A stretch of 63,880 nt of DNA, the filler included, from an uncultured bacterium (lineage in GTDB: Bacteria; Auribacterota; CAZIXI01), in NCBI GenBank assembly GCA_964543115.1. It is 7 parts of 7 records of this genome, joined end to end, with 100 filler letters (N's around TTAATTAATTAA, not from the genome) between each part and the next. Parts side by side here need not be neighbours in the genome. Positions count along the whole stretch, not along the records: positions 1 to 9,733 come from CAZIXI010000130.1; 6 more parts are not named here. One strand, 5' to 3'. The notes beneath the pieces were generated by a model. That model saw only the letters and a list, made by a program, of their open reading frames with translations, made no database searches and was not told where the DNA came from. This document shows, one piece after another, positions 1 to 9,833 of this stretch; the stretch's first letter is position 1; every line of letters starts with the position of its first letter. A program made the translations under genes and the position numbers.

Positions 1-40
1 TGTGGGTAATACCGTGGGAGTTCAACTCTCCCCGTCCGCA
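1..40 (+). tRNA. tRNA-Leu, 3' part only (window edge)
   Basis: Long variable arm, T-arm GGGAG-TTCAACT-CTCCC, acceptor 3' strand CGTCCGC and discriminator A. The anticodon lies outside the window, so Leu is inferred from the long arm plus A73. Confidence 0.75.
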
Positions 41-58
41 TGGCGTAAAAAAAATCAA

Positions 59-133
59 GCGGCGGTAATTCAGTGGTAGAATGCTTGCTTGCCAAGCAAG
101 TCGTCGTGGGTTCGACTCCCATCCGCCGCTCCA
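59..133 (+). tRNA. tRNA-Gly(GCC)
   Basis: Acceptor GCGGCGG/CCGCCGC, anticodon arm CTTGC-TTGCCAA-GCAAG, GTTCGAC T-loop, encoded CCA. Confidence 0.97.
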
Positions 134-140
134 TTTCGGC

Positions 141-229
141 GCCGGAATCCGGAAACGGATTCCGGTACCGACCCGAGAAGCCGCAACGTGTCGGGGCAAC
201 GAAGGGCGCTAACATTCGTTAACGCCTTT
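141..229. other. Three-hairpin structured element between tRNA-Gly and tig
   Basis: Perfect 10-bp stem CCGGAATCCG-GAAA-CGGATTCCGG (142-165), CCCGA/TCGGG stem (172-195) and AAGGGCGCTAAC/GTTAACGCCTTT stem (202-229). Confidence 0.5.
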
Positions 230-276
230 GTCCGCTAAAATTGGACGTCCAATGGTAATTTTCCAGGAGTTAATTT

Positions 277-1584
277 ATGAATATTATTGTAGAAGAAACG
301 GGGCCGTGTAAGAAGTTATTAAAAATTGAAGTTCCTTTTGCGGAAATAGCCGAAGATGTTAACCGGGTAAAGCAGGGGATAAGACAGAAAGCGGCCATTC
401 CCGGTTTTAGGGCAGGTAAGGCGCCCTGGGATTTAGTGGAAAAACATTACGGCGGTGTTGTCCGCAATGAAATTATTAATGAGGTAGTAGGTTCGAGTTA
501 TGGCCGGGCCCTGGAAGAAAAAAAATTACACCCTATCAGGCAGCCACAGGTAGAGAAGGTTGACTATAGTGAAGAGAAGGGGCTTAGTTACCAGGTGGAG
601 CTGGAGCATTTTCCGGAATTTGAATTGCCTGAATATACGGGGGTCAAAGTAGAGAAAAAGCCGGTTAATATCACGGAAAGTGATGTTCTGAAGGAGTTAA
701 CGTATCTGCAGGACCGGCGCGCGCAGTTTGAGCCGATTGAGGACAGGCCGCTGGCCATGGGTGATTTTGCCATTATTGATTACCAGATTATGCTGAAAAA
801 AGATGTTCTTGATGAAGCAAAGGAAGTCTGGCTGGAAATGAAAGAGGATTTCATGATTCCTAAATTCTGTCAGGGATTGGTGGGCTTAAAAAAGGGACAG
901 GAAAAAGACGTTAAAACAGTTCTTCCGAAGAATTACCCGAAGGAAGAGCTGCGGGATAAAAAAGTAATAATGCACGTGAAAGTTAATGAGCTTAAGAAGA
1001 AGGTGCTGCCGGAGGTAGATGATAATTTTGCCAAAGAAATCGGCGGCTTCAATAACCTGGGGGAATTGCAGGATAAAATAAAAGAAGAATTAACCGCTTA
1101 TGGTCAGCAGATGGTCAGGAAGGATACAGTGCGCCAGCTGGAGGACTATTTATTGTCCAAAGTAGAGTTTAATGTACCTGAAAGTGTTGCCGATAATTAT
1201 GCCCAGGCGCTTTATGGCGACACAATTGCTTCTCTTAAAAATTCCGGCGTGGATACGGAAAAGTATATTAAAGAAAAAGACGCCGAACTGAAGCAATCTA
1301 CTCGGAAGGAAGCGACCGACCAGGTAAAGCTTGCTTATGTGATGGAGGCGATTGCCGCGAAGGAGAATATTGATGTGCCGGAGGCGGAATTAGAGGCTAA
1401 GCTGGCTGAGGTCGCCGAACGGAACAAGAAGTCGGTAAAGGAAATAAAGGAGTATCTGGATAAAGAGAAACAAATGACAAGTTTTGTTTATAATTTACGG
1501 AAGGATAAAATCATTACCTTTCTGCTTGAAAAGGCTGAAGTAAAGGAATTGTCTGCCGCGGAAGCGGAAAAGGCCAAGAAGTAA
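277..1584 (+). CDS. tig: Trigger factor
   Basis: GFRAGKAP ribosome-binding motif, FKBP-like middle domain, 435 aa, upstream of clpP. Confidence 0.97.
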   Translation: MNIIVEETGPCKKLLKIEVPFAEIAEDVNRVKQGIRQKAAIPGFRAGKAPWDLVEKHYGGVVRNEIINEVVGSSYGRALEEKKLHPIRQPQVEKVDYSEEKGLSYQVELEHFPEFELPEYTGVKVEKKPVNITESDVLKELTYLQDRRAQFEPIEDRPLAMGDFAIIDYQIMLKKDVLDEAKEVWLEMKEDFMIPKFCQGLVGLKKGQEKDVKTVLPKNYPKEELRDKKVIMHVKVNELKKKVLPEVDDNFAKEIGGFNNLGELQDKIKEELTAYGQQMVRKDTVRQLEDYLLSKVEFNVPESVADNYAQALYGDTIASLKNSGVDTEKYIKEKDAELKQSTRKEATDQVKLAYVMEAIAAKENIDVPEAELEAKLAEVAERNKKSVKEIKEYLDKEKQMTSFVYNLRKDKIITFLLEKAEVKELSAAEAEKAKK

Positions 1585-1613
1585 GATAAAGGTATTCAGT
1601 GAAAGGAGGAGGT

Positions 1614-2219
1614 ATGCGATCTCAATTAGTTCCCATGGTGGTAGAAAAAGAAGGGCGGGCAGAAAGAGCTTATGATATCTTTTCCAGATTGTTGAAGGAC
1701 CGGATTATTTTTATCGGTACGCCAATTGATGATTATATTTCCAACCTGATTGTCGCCCAGATGTTGTTTCTGCAGATGGAGGATTCTTCAAAGGATATAA
1801 ATCTTTATATTAATACCCCCGGCGGCGTAGTCACGTCAGGAATGGCGATCTATGATACGATGCAGTTTGTTAAATGTGACGTGAATACCTATTGTGTGGG
1901 TCAGGCGGCCAGTATGGGGGCCTTACTTCTTTGCGCCGGGACAAAAGGTAAAAGATTTGCCCTGCCTAATTCCCGGGTATTAATTCATCAGCCGCTGGGC
2001 GGAGTGCAGGGGCAGGCGACGGATATTGATATTCAGGCCAAGGAAATAATCAGAATGCGGGAAAACCTGAATCAGATATTAGTGAATCATACCGGTCAGA
2101 CTATTGAGAGGATTCGTCAGGATACCGAGCGGGATTTTTTTATGACCGCTGATGAGGCGAAAGAATATGGTATCGTTGATAAGGTGATTAAAAGTCTGCC
2201 GAAAGACAAAAAACAATAA
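1614..2219 (+). CDS. clpP: ATP-dependent Clp protease proteolytic subunit
   Basis: [15 protein letters not shown] (catalytic Ser) and IHQPLGG motifs. The ATG at 1614 follows SD AGGAGG. Confidence 0.98.
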   Translation: MRSQLVPMVVEKEGRAERAYDIFSRLLKDRIIFIGTPIDDYISNLIVAQMLFLQMEDSSKDINLYINTPGGVVTSGMAIYDTMQFVKCDVNTYCVGQAASMGALLLCAGTKGKRFALPNSRVLIHQPLGGVQGQATDIDIQAKEIIRMRENLNQILVNHTGQTIERIRQDTERDFFMTADEAKEYGIVDKVIKSLPKDKKQ

Positions 2220-2231
2220 GCGAGGTTGATT

Positions 2232-3383
2232 ATGAAGAAAAAAGTATTATTGACTCCCGGACCAACGCCAGTACCGCCCGAAGTGCTGAGCGCTTTGGGC
2301 CGGCCGATTATTCATCACCGGACAAGTGAGTTTCAGGATATTTTTAAAGAAGTTAATGCCGGATTGCAGTATGTTTTTGCGACTAAAGACGAAGTCTTGA
2401 CCTTTGCCAGTTCCGGGACCGGGGCGATGGAGGGTTGTGTCGCCAATCTGTTGAGTCCTGGTGATCTGGCTATTTGTGTTTCCGGCGGTAAGTTCGGGGA
2501 ACGCTGGGGTGAGATTTGCAAGGCCTATGGCGTGAAAACGATTATAATTAATATCGAATGGGGCAAGGCAGTTCAACCGGCACAGATAGAAGAGGCCCTG
2601 AAACAGAATCCGGAAGTAAAAGCGGCTTTTGTTACTCATTGTGAAACATCGACCGGAGTGGTGACAGATGTTCAGGCTCTGGCCAAGGTGGTTGGCGCGA
2701 CTAAAGCGGTTCTGGTTGTTGACGCGATCAGCAGTCTAGGGGCGATGGAATTAGCAAAGGATGAATGGGGAGTGGACGTGGTTGTCAGTGGTTCACAAAA
2801 AGCCTTAATGATCCCTCCGGGATTGGGTTTTTGCAGCCTTAGCGCCAAGGCCTGGCAGTTAGTGGAGAAGAGTACAAATCCCAAGTATTATTTTAATTTT
2901 ACTAAAGCGCGGAAATTGTGGCAGAAGGCTGATACGCCGTATACTCCGGCGGTTTCCCTGGTAATCGGTCTTAATGAGGCCCTGAAAATGGTTCAGGAGG
3001 AAGGACTGGAAAATGTTTTGAAACGGCACGCTCGTCTGGCTCAAGCTACCCGCGCGGCAATGAAGGCCCTGGGTTTGAAGTTGCTGGCCGAACAACCAGC
3101 TAACGCGGTTACTTCTGTTTATGTCCCGCAGGGAATAGACGGTCAAAAACTGGTTAAATTGCTCCGCACAACCTATGGCATAAGCATCGCCGGCGGACAG
3201 GCGGATCTTAAAGGAAAGATATTCCGGTTGGCGCATTTGGGGTATATGAATGAATTTGATATGCTTCTGGGGATTGCCGCCGTTGAGAAAGGCCTGGTGG
3301 AACTGGGAGCGAATATTGAACTGGGTAAGGGAGTAAAGGCCGCCCAAGAAGTGTTTTGTGGAGAGAAAATCGGGCGTAAATAG
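2232..3383 (+). CDS. Class V PLP-dependent aminotransferase (serine-pyruvate / phosphoserine aminotransferase-like)
   Basis: LLTPGPTPVP, SSGTGAME, VDAISSLG and SGSQK (PLP lysine) motifs. Directly upstream of serA. Confidence 0.92.
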   Translation: MKKKVLLTPGPTPVPPEVLSALGRPIIHHRTSEFQDIFKEVNAGLQYVFATKDEVLTFASSGTGAMEGCVANLLSPGDLAICVSGGKFGERWGEICKAYGVKTIIINIEWGKAVQPAQIEEALKQNPEVKAAFVTHCETSTGVVTDVQALAKVVGATKAVLVVDAISSLGAMELAKDEWGVDVVVSGSQKALMIPPGLGFCSLSAKAWQLVEKSTNPKYYFNFTKARKLWQKADTPYTPAVSLVIGLNEALKMVQEEGLENVLKRHARLAQATRAAMKALGLKLLAEQPANAVTSVYVPQGIDGQKLVKLLRTTYGISIAGGQADLKGKIFRLAHLGYMNEFDMLLGIAAVEKGLVELGANIELGKGVKAAQEVFCGEKIGRK

Positions 3384-3424
3384 TTATTAGTATTAGTAAG
3401 GCTTCTACGAGAGAACATGCTGTT

Positions 3425-3493
3425 TCGATTGCTGATTGCGGAATGGATAAATCTGAAATCCACAATCCGCACGTTGCGCGCAAAATCCAAATT
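3425..3493. repeat. Imperfect palindrome built of heptamer-like units (GATTGCG / AATCCGC)
   Basis: GATTGCTGATTGCGGAAT ... AAATCCACAATCCGCA ... AAATCCAAAT in the aminotransferase-serA intergenic region. Confidence 0.5.
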
Positions 3494-3508
3494 GTAAGGG
3501 AGGAGTTA

Positions 3509-5098
3509 ATGAAAGTACTTGTCAGTGATCCTCTTTCTCAGGAGGGAGTAAAAATCCTGCAGGAAAGCGGAATGCAGGTTGACGTTAAGACGAAGGTGCC
3601 GCCGGATGAGCTGGGGGAGATGATCGGGCAATATGACGCGCTGGTAATTCGCAGCGGAACCAAAGTAACCAAAGAAATAATTGATAAGGCCAATGGGCTT
3701 AAGGTTATCGGCAGGGCCGGTGTGGGTGTAGATAATGTTAATGTCGGCGAGGCAACCAAACGCGGTATTATTGTTATGAATACTCCCGGAGGGAACACCC
3801 TTTCCACGGCAGAACATGCGATGGCCCTGATCCTGGCAATGGCCCGTAATATTGCTCCGGCCTATATAAGCATGAAAAACAATAAATGGGACCGAAAAAA
3901 GTTTCGGGGTACGGAATTGTTCGGTAAGACCTTGGGTGTGGTCGGCCTGGGCCGTATTGGGACAGAGGTGGTTAAACGGGCCCTGGCCTTTGGCATGAAG
4001 GTAGTTGCTTATGACCCTCTGGTGACCAGTGAACGGCTGGCGCAATTGGATATCGAGCCGGTTACTCTGGAAGGATTATTTAAGGTTGCCGATATTATTA
4101 CGGTACATACTCCGCTGACTAAAGAGACGAAAGGTATTATCGGTGAACGGGCGTTTGCTAAAATGAAACAGGGAGTAAGAATTGTTAATTGCGCCCGCGG
4201 CGGAATCGTTGATGAAGCGGCGCTCTATGAAGCGGTTAAATCCGGAAAGGTTGCCGGTGCGGCCCTGGATGTCTATGAGCAGGAACCGCCGAAGGATCTA
4301 AAGTTGGTGGAGCTGGATCAGGTATTACTGACTCCTCATCTGGGTGCTTCAACTGAAGAGGCCCAGGAAAAGGTGGCTATTGATGTTGCCCGCCAGGTTG
4401 TGGATGTGCTTAAGGGCGGTCCAGTAAGGAACGCGGTGAATATGCCTTGTCTGGATGTGGAATTGCTAAAACAGTTACAACCCTATATTTCCCTGGGGGA
4501 AAAATTAGGCACACTTCTGGTCCAGATTCTTTCCGGTCAGATTGAGGAGTTGCGCGTGCGTTACAGCGGCGATGTAGCTGAATATAATATCGCACCGATA
4601 ACGGTAGCTGTGCTTAAGGGGATGCTGGGCCGTTCTCTGCAGGAAACGGTTAATTATGTGAATGCTCCGGTGATTGCCAAAGAGCGGGGGATCAAGGTTA
4701 TTGAGAGTAAAAGCAGCCAGGTGGAAGATTTTGCCGATCTTATTCAGGTTGTCGCGCGCACCAGCGGGAAACTGAAGGGAGAGTTTTCCGTAGTCGGTAC
4801 GTTCTTTGGGCATAAGAAAGATTCCCGGGTAGTGCGGATTAATGGTTATCACGTTGACGCGGTTCCTGCCGGTTATATTCTGATATTATTGAATGAGGAT
4901 AAACCGGGTATTATCGGTAATGTGGGGTCAATCCTGGGTCGGATCAATATTAATATCGCGGCGATGACCCTGGGACGGAAAGAGCTTGGCGGTACTGCCG
5001 TAACTATGTTGAACGTGGATAGCAAGGTTGCGGATGATGTCTTAGAAGAAATTTCAAAAGCACCGAACATAATTGATATAAAAATGGTAGAACTATAG
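3509..5098 (+). CDS. serA: D-3-phosphoglycerate dehydrogenase with ASB and ACT domains
   Basis: RAGVGVDN, GLGRIG, NCARGG and TPHLGAST motifs plus C-terminal ACT. The ATG at 3509 follows SD GGAGG; the longer ORF-track N-terminus is derived from a repeat. Confidence 0.96.
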   Translation: MKVLVSDPLSQEGVKILQESGMQVDVKTKVPPDELGEMIGQYDALVIRSGTKVTKEIIDKANGLKVIGRAGVGVDNVNVGEATKRGIIVMNTPGGNTLSTAEHAMALILAMARNIAPAYISMKNNKWDRKKFRGTELFGKTLGVVGLGRIGTEVVKRALAFGMKVVAYDPLVTSERLAQLDIEPVTLEGLFKVADIITVHTPLTKETKGIIGERAFAKMKQGVRIVNCARGGIVDEAALYEAVKSGKVAGAALDVYEQEPPKDLKLVELDQVLLTPHLGASTEEAQEKVAIDVARQVVDVLKGGPVRNAVNMPCLDVELLKQLQPYISLGEKLGTLLVQILSGQIEELRVRYSGDVAEYNIAPITVAVLKGMLGRSLQETVNYVNAPVIAKERGIKVIESKSSQVEDFADLIQVVARTSGKLKGEFSVVGTFFGHKKDSRVVRINGYHVDAVPAGYILILLNEDKPGIIGNVGSILGRININIAAMTLGRKELGGTAVTMLNVDSKVADDVLEEISKAPNIIDIKMVEL

Positions 5099-6439
<1,341 letters not shown>

Positions 6440-6458
6440 TATAAAATATAGATTTTTA

Positions 6459-6540
6459 AGCCACGGATTTACACTGAGTAACACTGAATAAGCAAAATAG
6501 TTTAATATACAATCAGTAGTAATCAGTGTAATCCGTGGCT
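6459..6540. repeat. Palindromic intergenic repeat, family C (AGCCACGGATT...AATCCGTGGCT)
   Basis: Arms AGCCACGGATTTACACTGAGTAACACTGA and TCAGTAGTAATCAGTGTAATCCGTGGCT. A related copy lies at 31075-31130. Confidence 0.8.
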
Positions 6541-6587
6541 AAATTTTGTTATCTTGAATTCGTTTGTGTGTTAAATTCACTATTACT

Positions 6588-7286
6588 ATGAAAATTCCCA
6601 GACATGTTGCGATTATTATGGACGGTAACGGCAGGTGGGCCAAAAAACGCCGCTTACCGCGTGTGGAAGGGCACCGGGCCGGCGCCGAGGCCCTGCGCCG
6701 TACGGTGGATGCCGCAATAGAGCTGGGGGTAGAGTATTTAACGTTTTATGCTTTTTCGGTTGATAACTGGAAAAGATCGAAGAAGGAAGTTGATAATTTA
6801 ATGAACATCCTGCGCCGTTTCCTCCGACGGAGCGCAAAGGAAGTCAAAAAAAAGCAGGTGCGTTTTATTGTTATCGGCAGAATAAACGAGCTGCCGGAAG
6901 ATATCATTAAAAGTATTGATAGGGTGATGGCCCAAACGGCCGATAACAAAAAATTAAATCTGGTTTTGGCGCTTAATTACGGTGGCCGGAGCGAAATTGT
7001 CGATGGAATTAAGAGATTCTATCAGGACCTGGAAGAGAAAAAAGTTACCATTGATGATTTAACGGAAAAAGAATTTAACAATTATTTGTATACACGGGAG
7101 ATTCCTGATCCCGATCTTCTTATCAGGACAAGTAATGAAATGCGTTTGAGCAATTTCCTGCTCTGGCAGGCTTCTTATACCGAATTATGGTTCAGTCCGG
7201 TATATTGGCCGGAATTTAACCGGGAATATCTGCAGCAGGCGATCACGGAATATAATGACAGGGAACGGCGTTATGGAGGCAGATAA
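6588..7286 (+). CDS. uppS: Undecaprenyl diphosphate synthase (isoprenyl transferase)
   Basis: IIMDGNGRWA, FSVDNW and RTSNEMRLSNFLLWQ motifs. Confidence 0.97.
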   Translation: MKIPRHVAIIMDGNGRWAKKRRLPRVEGHRAGAEALRRTVDAAIELGVEYLTFYAFSVDNWKRSKKEVDNLMNILRRFLRRSAKEVKKKQVRFIVIGRINELPEDIIKSIDRVMAQTADNKKLNLVLALNYGGRSEIVDGIKRFYQDLEEKKVTIDDLTEKEFNNYLYTREIPDPDLLIRTSNEMRLSNFLLWQASYTELWFSPVYWPEFNREYLQQAITEYNDRERRYGGR

Positions 7287-7288
7287 AT

Positions 7289-8116
7289 ATGTTAATTAGA
7301 CGTTTTCGGAGCATGATTGTTCTGGTTGTTCTTCTCGTGGGAGCGATATTCTGGTTTTCGCGGCCGCTGGTTGCGGTGCTTGTCGCCCTGCTTGTTGGTA
7401 TGGGGTTGTGGGAATTTTATACGATGGCCGAAAACAAGGGATTGCGGCCTTTTAAGTGGTATGGAACCAGTGCGGGGGTCATTCTGGCAGTTGGTACCTA
7501 TATCTGTATTGCTTATAAAGGGATTTCCGATCTGGATAAGGTAGTCACTATTATCCTTTATTTCATTGTCGCTAGTTTATTGATCCGGCATGCCTTTAAG
7601 AAAGACGGTAATTCCGTGATTGTAAACAGTGCCGTGGCTATTTTCGGCATAATGTATGTCAGTTTTACCTTTACCTTTATTATTAAACTGCGGTATCTGC
7701 CTGATCCGGCCGCCGGGAAAGGCTGGGTTGTCGCCCTTTTTTGTGTCACAAAAATTGCCGATATTGCCGCCTATGTCTGCGGCAGTAAATGGGGCAGGCA
7801 TAAATTGATTCCCCGGATCAGCGCCAATAAGAGTATAGAGGGTTTTGCCTGCGGTATTATTGCTTCCGTATTGCTGGCCCTTGGGTTTCGTCTCTGGTTC
7901 CTGCAGGGGATTGGATTAGTGGCTGTTATCGGGCTGGGGATATTACTCGGGGTAGTCGGTCAGATCGGTGATCTTATCGAAAGCCTGATGAAGCGTGATG
8001 CCCAGGTAAAGGATTCCGGCAAATTGATTCCCGGAATCGGCGGGGTACTGGATTTAATGGACAGCCTTATCTTTACCGGCCCGGCGATGTATTTGTATTT
8101 AAAATTGGTATTATGA
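7289..8116 (+). CDS. cdsA: Phosphatidate cytidylyltransferase
   Basis: Polytopic membrane protein with SANKSIEG and KRDAQVKDSG...GGVLDLMDS motifs, located between uppS and dxr. Confidence 0.95.
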   Translation: MLIRRFRSMIVLVVLLVGAIFWFSRPLVAVLVALLVGMGLWEFYTMAENKGLRPFKWYGTSAGVILAVGTYICIAYKGISDLDKVVTIILYFIVASLLIRHAFKKDGNSVIVNSAVAIFGIMYVSFTFTFIIKLRYLPDPAAGKGWVVALFCVTKIADIAAYVCGSKWGRHKLIPRISANKSIEGFACGIIASVLLALGFRLWFLQGIGLVAVIGLGILLGVVGQIGDLIESLMKRDAQVKDSGKLIPGIGGVLDLMDSLIFTGPAMYLYLKLVL

Positions 8117-9258
8117 AGAAAATAACGATTCTTGGCAGTACGGGATCTATTGGTGAAAGCACACTGGCCGTTGCGCGGGCTCATCCGGATAAGATAAAAG
8201 TGGGCGGTCTGAGCACAAAAACCAATATAGATCTTCTGGAGAAACAGATATCGGAGTTTGCTCCCGTGGCGGCGGCGGTCTGGGAGGAAGATAAAGCGGA
8301 GATCCTGCGCGAGCGGGTTAAAAAAGATATTGAAATATATTCCGGGCAGGAAGGGCTGCTTGAGTTTATTAATGCCGCGGAAGCTGATTTAGTTGTCTCG
8401 GCCCTGGTTGGCGCGGTTGGTCTAGAACCAACGTTAGCGGCGATCAGGTCAGGCCGGGATATTGCCCTGGCCAATAAAGAGGTTTTGGTTATGGCCGGTG
8501 AGCTGGTTACCGGAGAAGTGCAGGCGGCCGGTATTAATTTAATTCCGATTGACAGTGAGCACAGCGCACTCTGGCAGTGTCTTCAGGGCAGGGATTGCCG
8601 GGAAGTAAAGAAACTGATTATTACCGCTTCCGGCGGCCCGTTCCATCATCTGGAGAGCCGTGATCTGAATACGGTTACTCCGGAAGAGGCCCTGCGTCAC
8701 CCCCGCTGGCGGATGGGGCCCAAGGTAACGGTTGATTCGGCCACATTGATGAATAAGGGATTTGAGGTTATTGAAGCCAGCTATTTATTTAATATTCCAA
8801 TAGATAAAATAGACGTAGTTATTCATCCGGAGAGTATAGTTCATTCACTGGTAGAATTTGTTGACGGTACGATTATCGCGCAGATGCATGTGCCGGATAT
8901 GCGCATTCCTATTCAATACGCGCTTAGCTGGCCGGAGCGCTGGGCACAAGGGTATGGCTCGTTAGATTTAGCGGATCTGGGAAGGTTGCATTTTAGCCGG
9001 CCCGACCGGAAACGGTTTCCCGCCCTGGACCTGGTTTATCAGGCGATGGGGCAGGGAGGGACAATGCCGGCGGTGCTTAATGCCAGTGATGAGGTTTGTG
9101 TTGGGCAGTTTCTTGCCGGCCGGGTAGGATTTGCGGATATTGTTCCGATAGTAGCAGAGGTAATGGCCCAACATAAACCGGTTGCTCAACCGGAAATAGC
9201 TGATATCCTGCGGGCGGATGACTGGGCCCGTAAGGCAGTCTATGATATTCTTCTATAG
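8113..9258 (+). CDS. dxr: 1-deoxy-D-xylulose 5-phosphate reductoisomerase
   Basis: LGSTGSIG, LANKE, PIDSEH, TASGGPF and DSATLMNKG motifs. Confidence 0.98.
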   Translation: MKKITILGSTGSIGESTLAVARAHPDKIKVGGLSTKTNIDLLEKQISEFAPVAAAVWEEDKAEILRERVKKDIEIYSGQEGLLEFINAAEADLVVSALVGAVGLEPTLAAIRSGRDIALANKEVLVMAGELVTGEVQAAGINLIPIDSEHSALWQCLQGRDCREVKKLIITASGGPFHHLESRDLNTVTPEEALRHPRWRMGPKVTVDSATLMNKGFEVIEASYLFNIPIDKIDVVIHPESIVHSLVEFVDGTIIAQMHVPDMRIPIQYALSWPERWAQGYGSLDLADLGRLHFSRPDRKRFPALDLVYQAMGQGGTMPAVLNASDEVCVGQFLAGRVGFADIVPIVAEVMAQHKPVAQPEIADILRADDWARKAVYDILL

Positions 9259-9280
9259 CAGTCCCAAGCGAAGCTTGGGG
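9253..9280. repeat. Short palindromic cassette, family B (CTATAGCAGTCCC-AAGCGAAGCTT-GGGG), overlapping the dxr stop codon
   Basis: Related copies at about 37576-37685, 54573-54600 and, reversed, 59920-59964. Confidence 0.65.
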
Positions 9281-9337
9281 AAACAATGACTCTATGTGAA
9301 AAGATTGTTGTTACACGCAGATAATGGAGGATGTTAA

Positions 9338-9733
9338 ATGGGAATAGTATTTATAATTGTTGTTGCTGTTTTGGCAATAAATGTGCTGGTGCTAACGCAT
9401 GAACTTGGCCATTTTCTGGTGGCTAAACGCTGCGGGATGATTGTTGAGCGTTTCTCGATTGGTTTCGGACCGCGGGTGTTTGGTTTTGCCTGGAGGGGAA
9501 CTGAATATCGTTTAAGCTGGTTTCTTTTTGGCGGATACGTTAAGTTCCGCGGCGATGAACTGGAGACTGATAAGGAGCCGGACCGTACCCCGGGAAGTTT
9601 TTTCGGGACAAAGCCCTGGAAGCGGATCCTGGTTTGTATGGCCGGCGGGCTGTGTAATATCGGCCTGGCCTGGATATTTTATACGGTAATATTCTTCGGC
9701 GGTAAACAAGTTACAGCGGATTCTCTGAACACG
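9338..9733 (+). CDS. rseP: RIP metalloprotease RseP, 3' truncated at contig end
   Basis: HELGH zinc motif, FSIGFGP and GGYVK motifs, located after dxr. Confidence 0.93.
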
Positions 9734-9833
9734 NNNNNNNNNNNNNNNNNNNNNNNNNNNNNNNNNNNNNNNNNNNNTTAATTAATTAANNNNNNNNNNN
9801 NNNNNNNNNNNNNNNNNNNNNNNNNNNNNNNNN
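9734..9833. other. Artificial contig linker
   Basis: N44-TTAATTAATTAA-N44 (stop codons in all six frames). Confidence 0.98.

Noticed and set aside
9778..9789. TTAATTAATTAA repeated six times as a possible biological repeat or att site
   Set aside because: It is always centred in exactly 44+44 Ns and is a standard all-frame-stop scaffolding linker.
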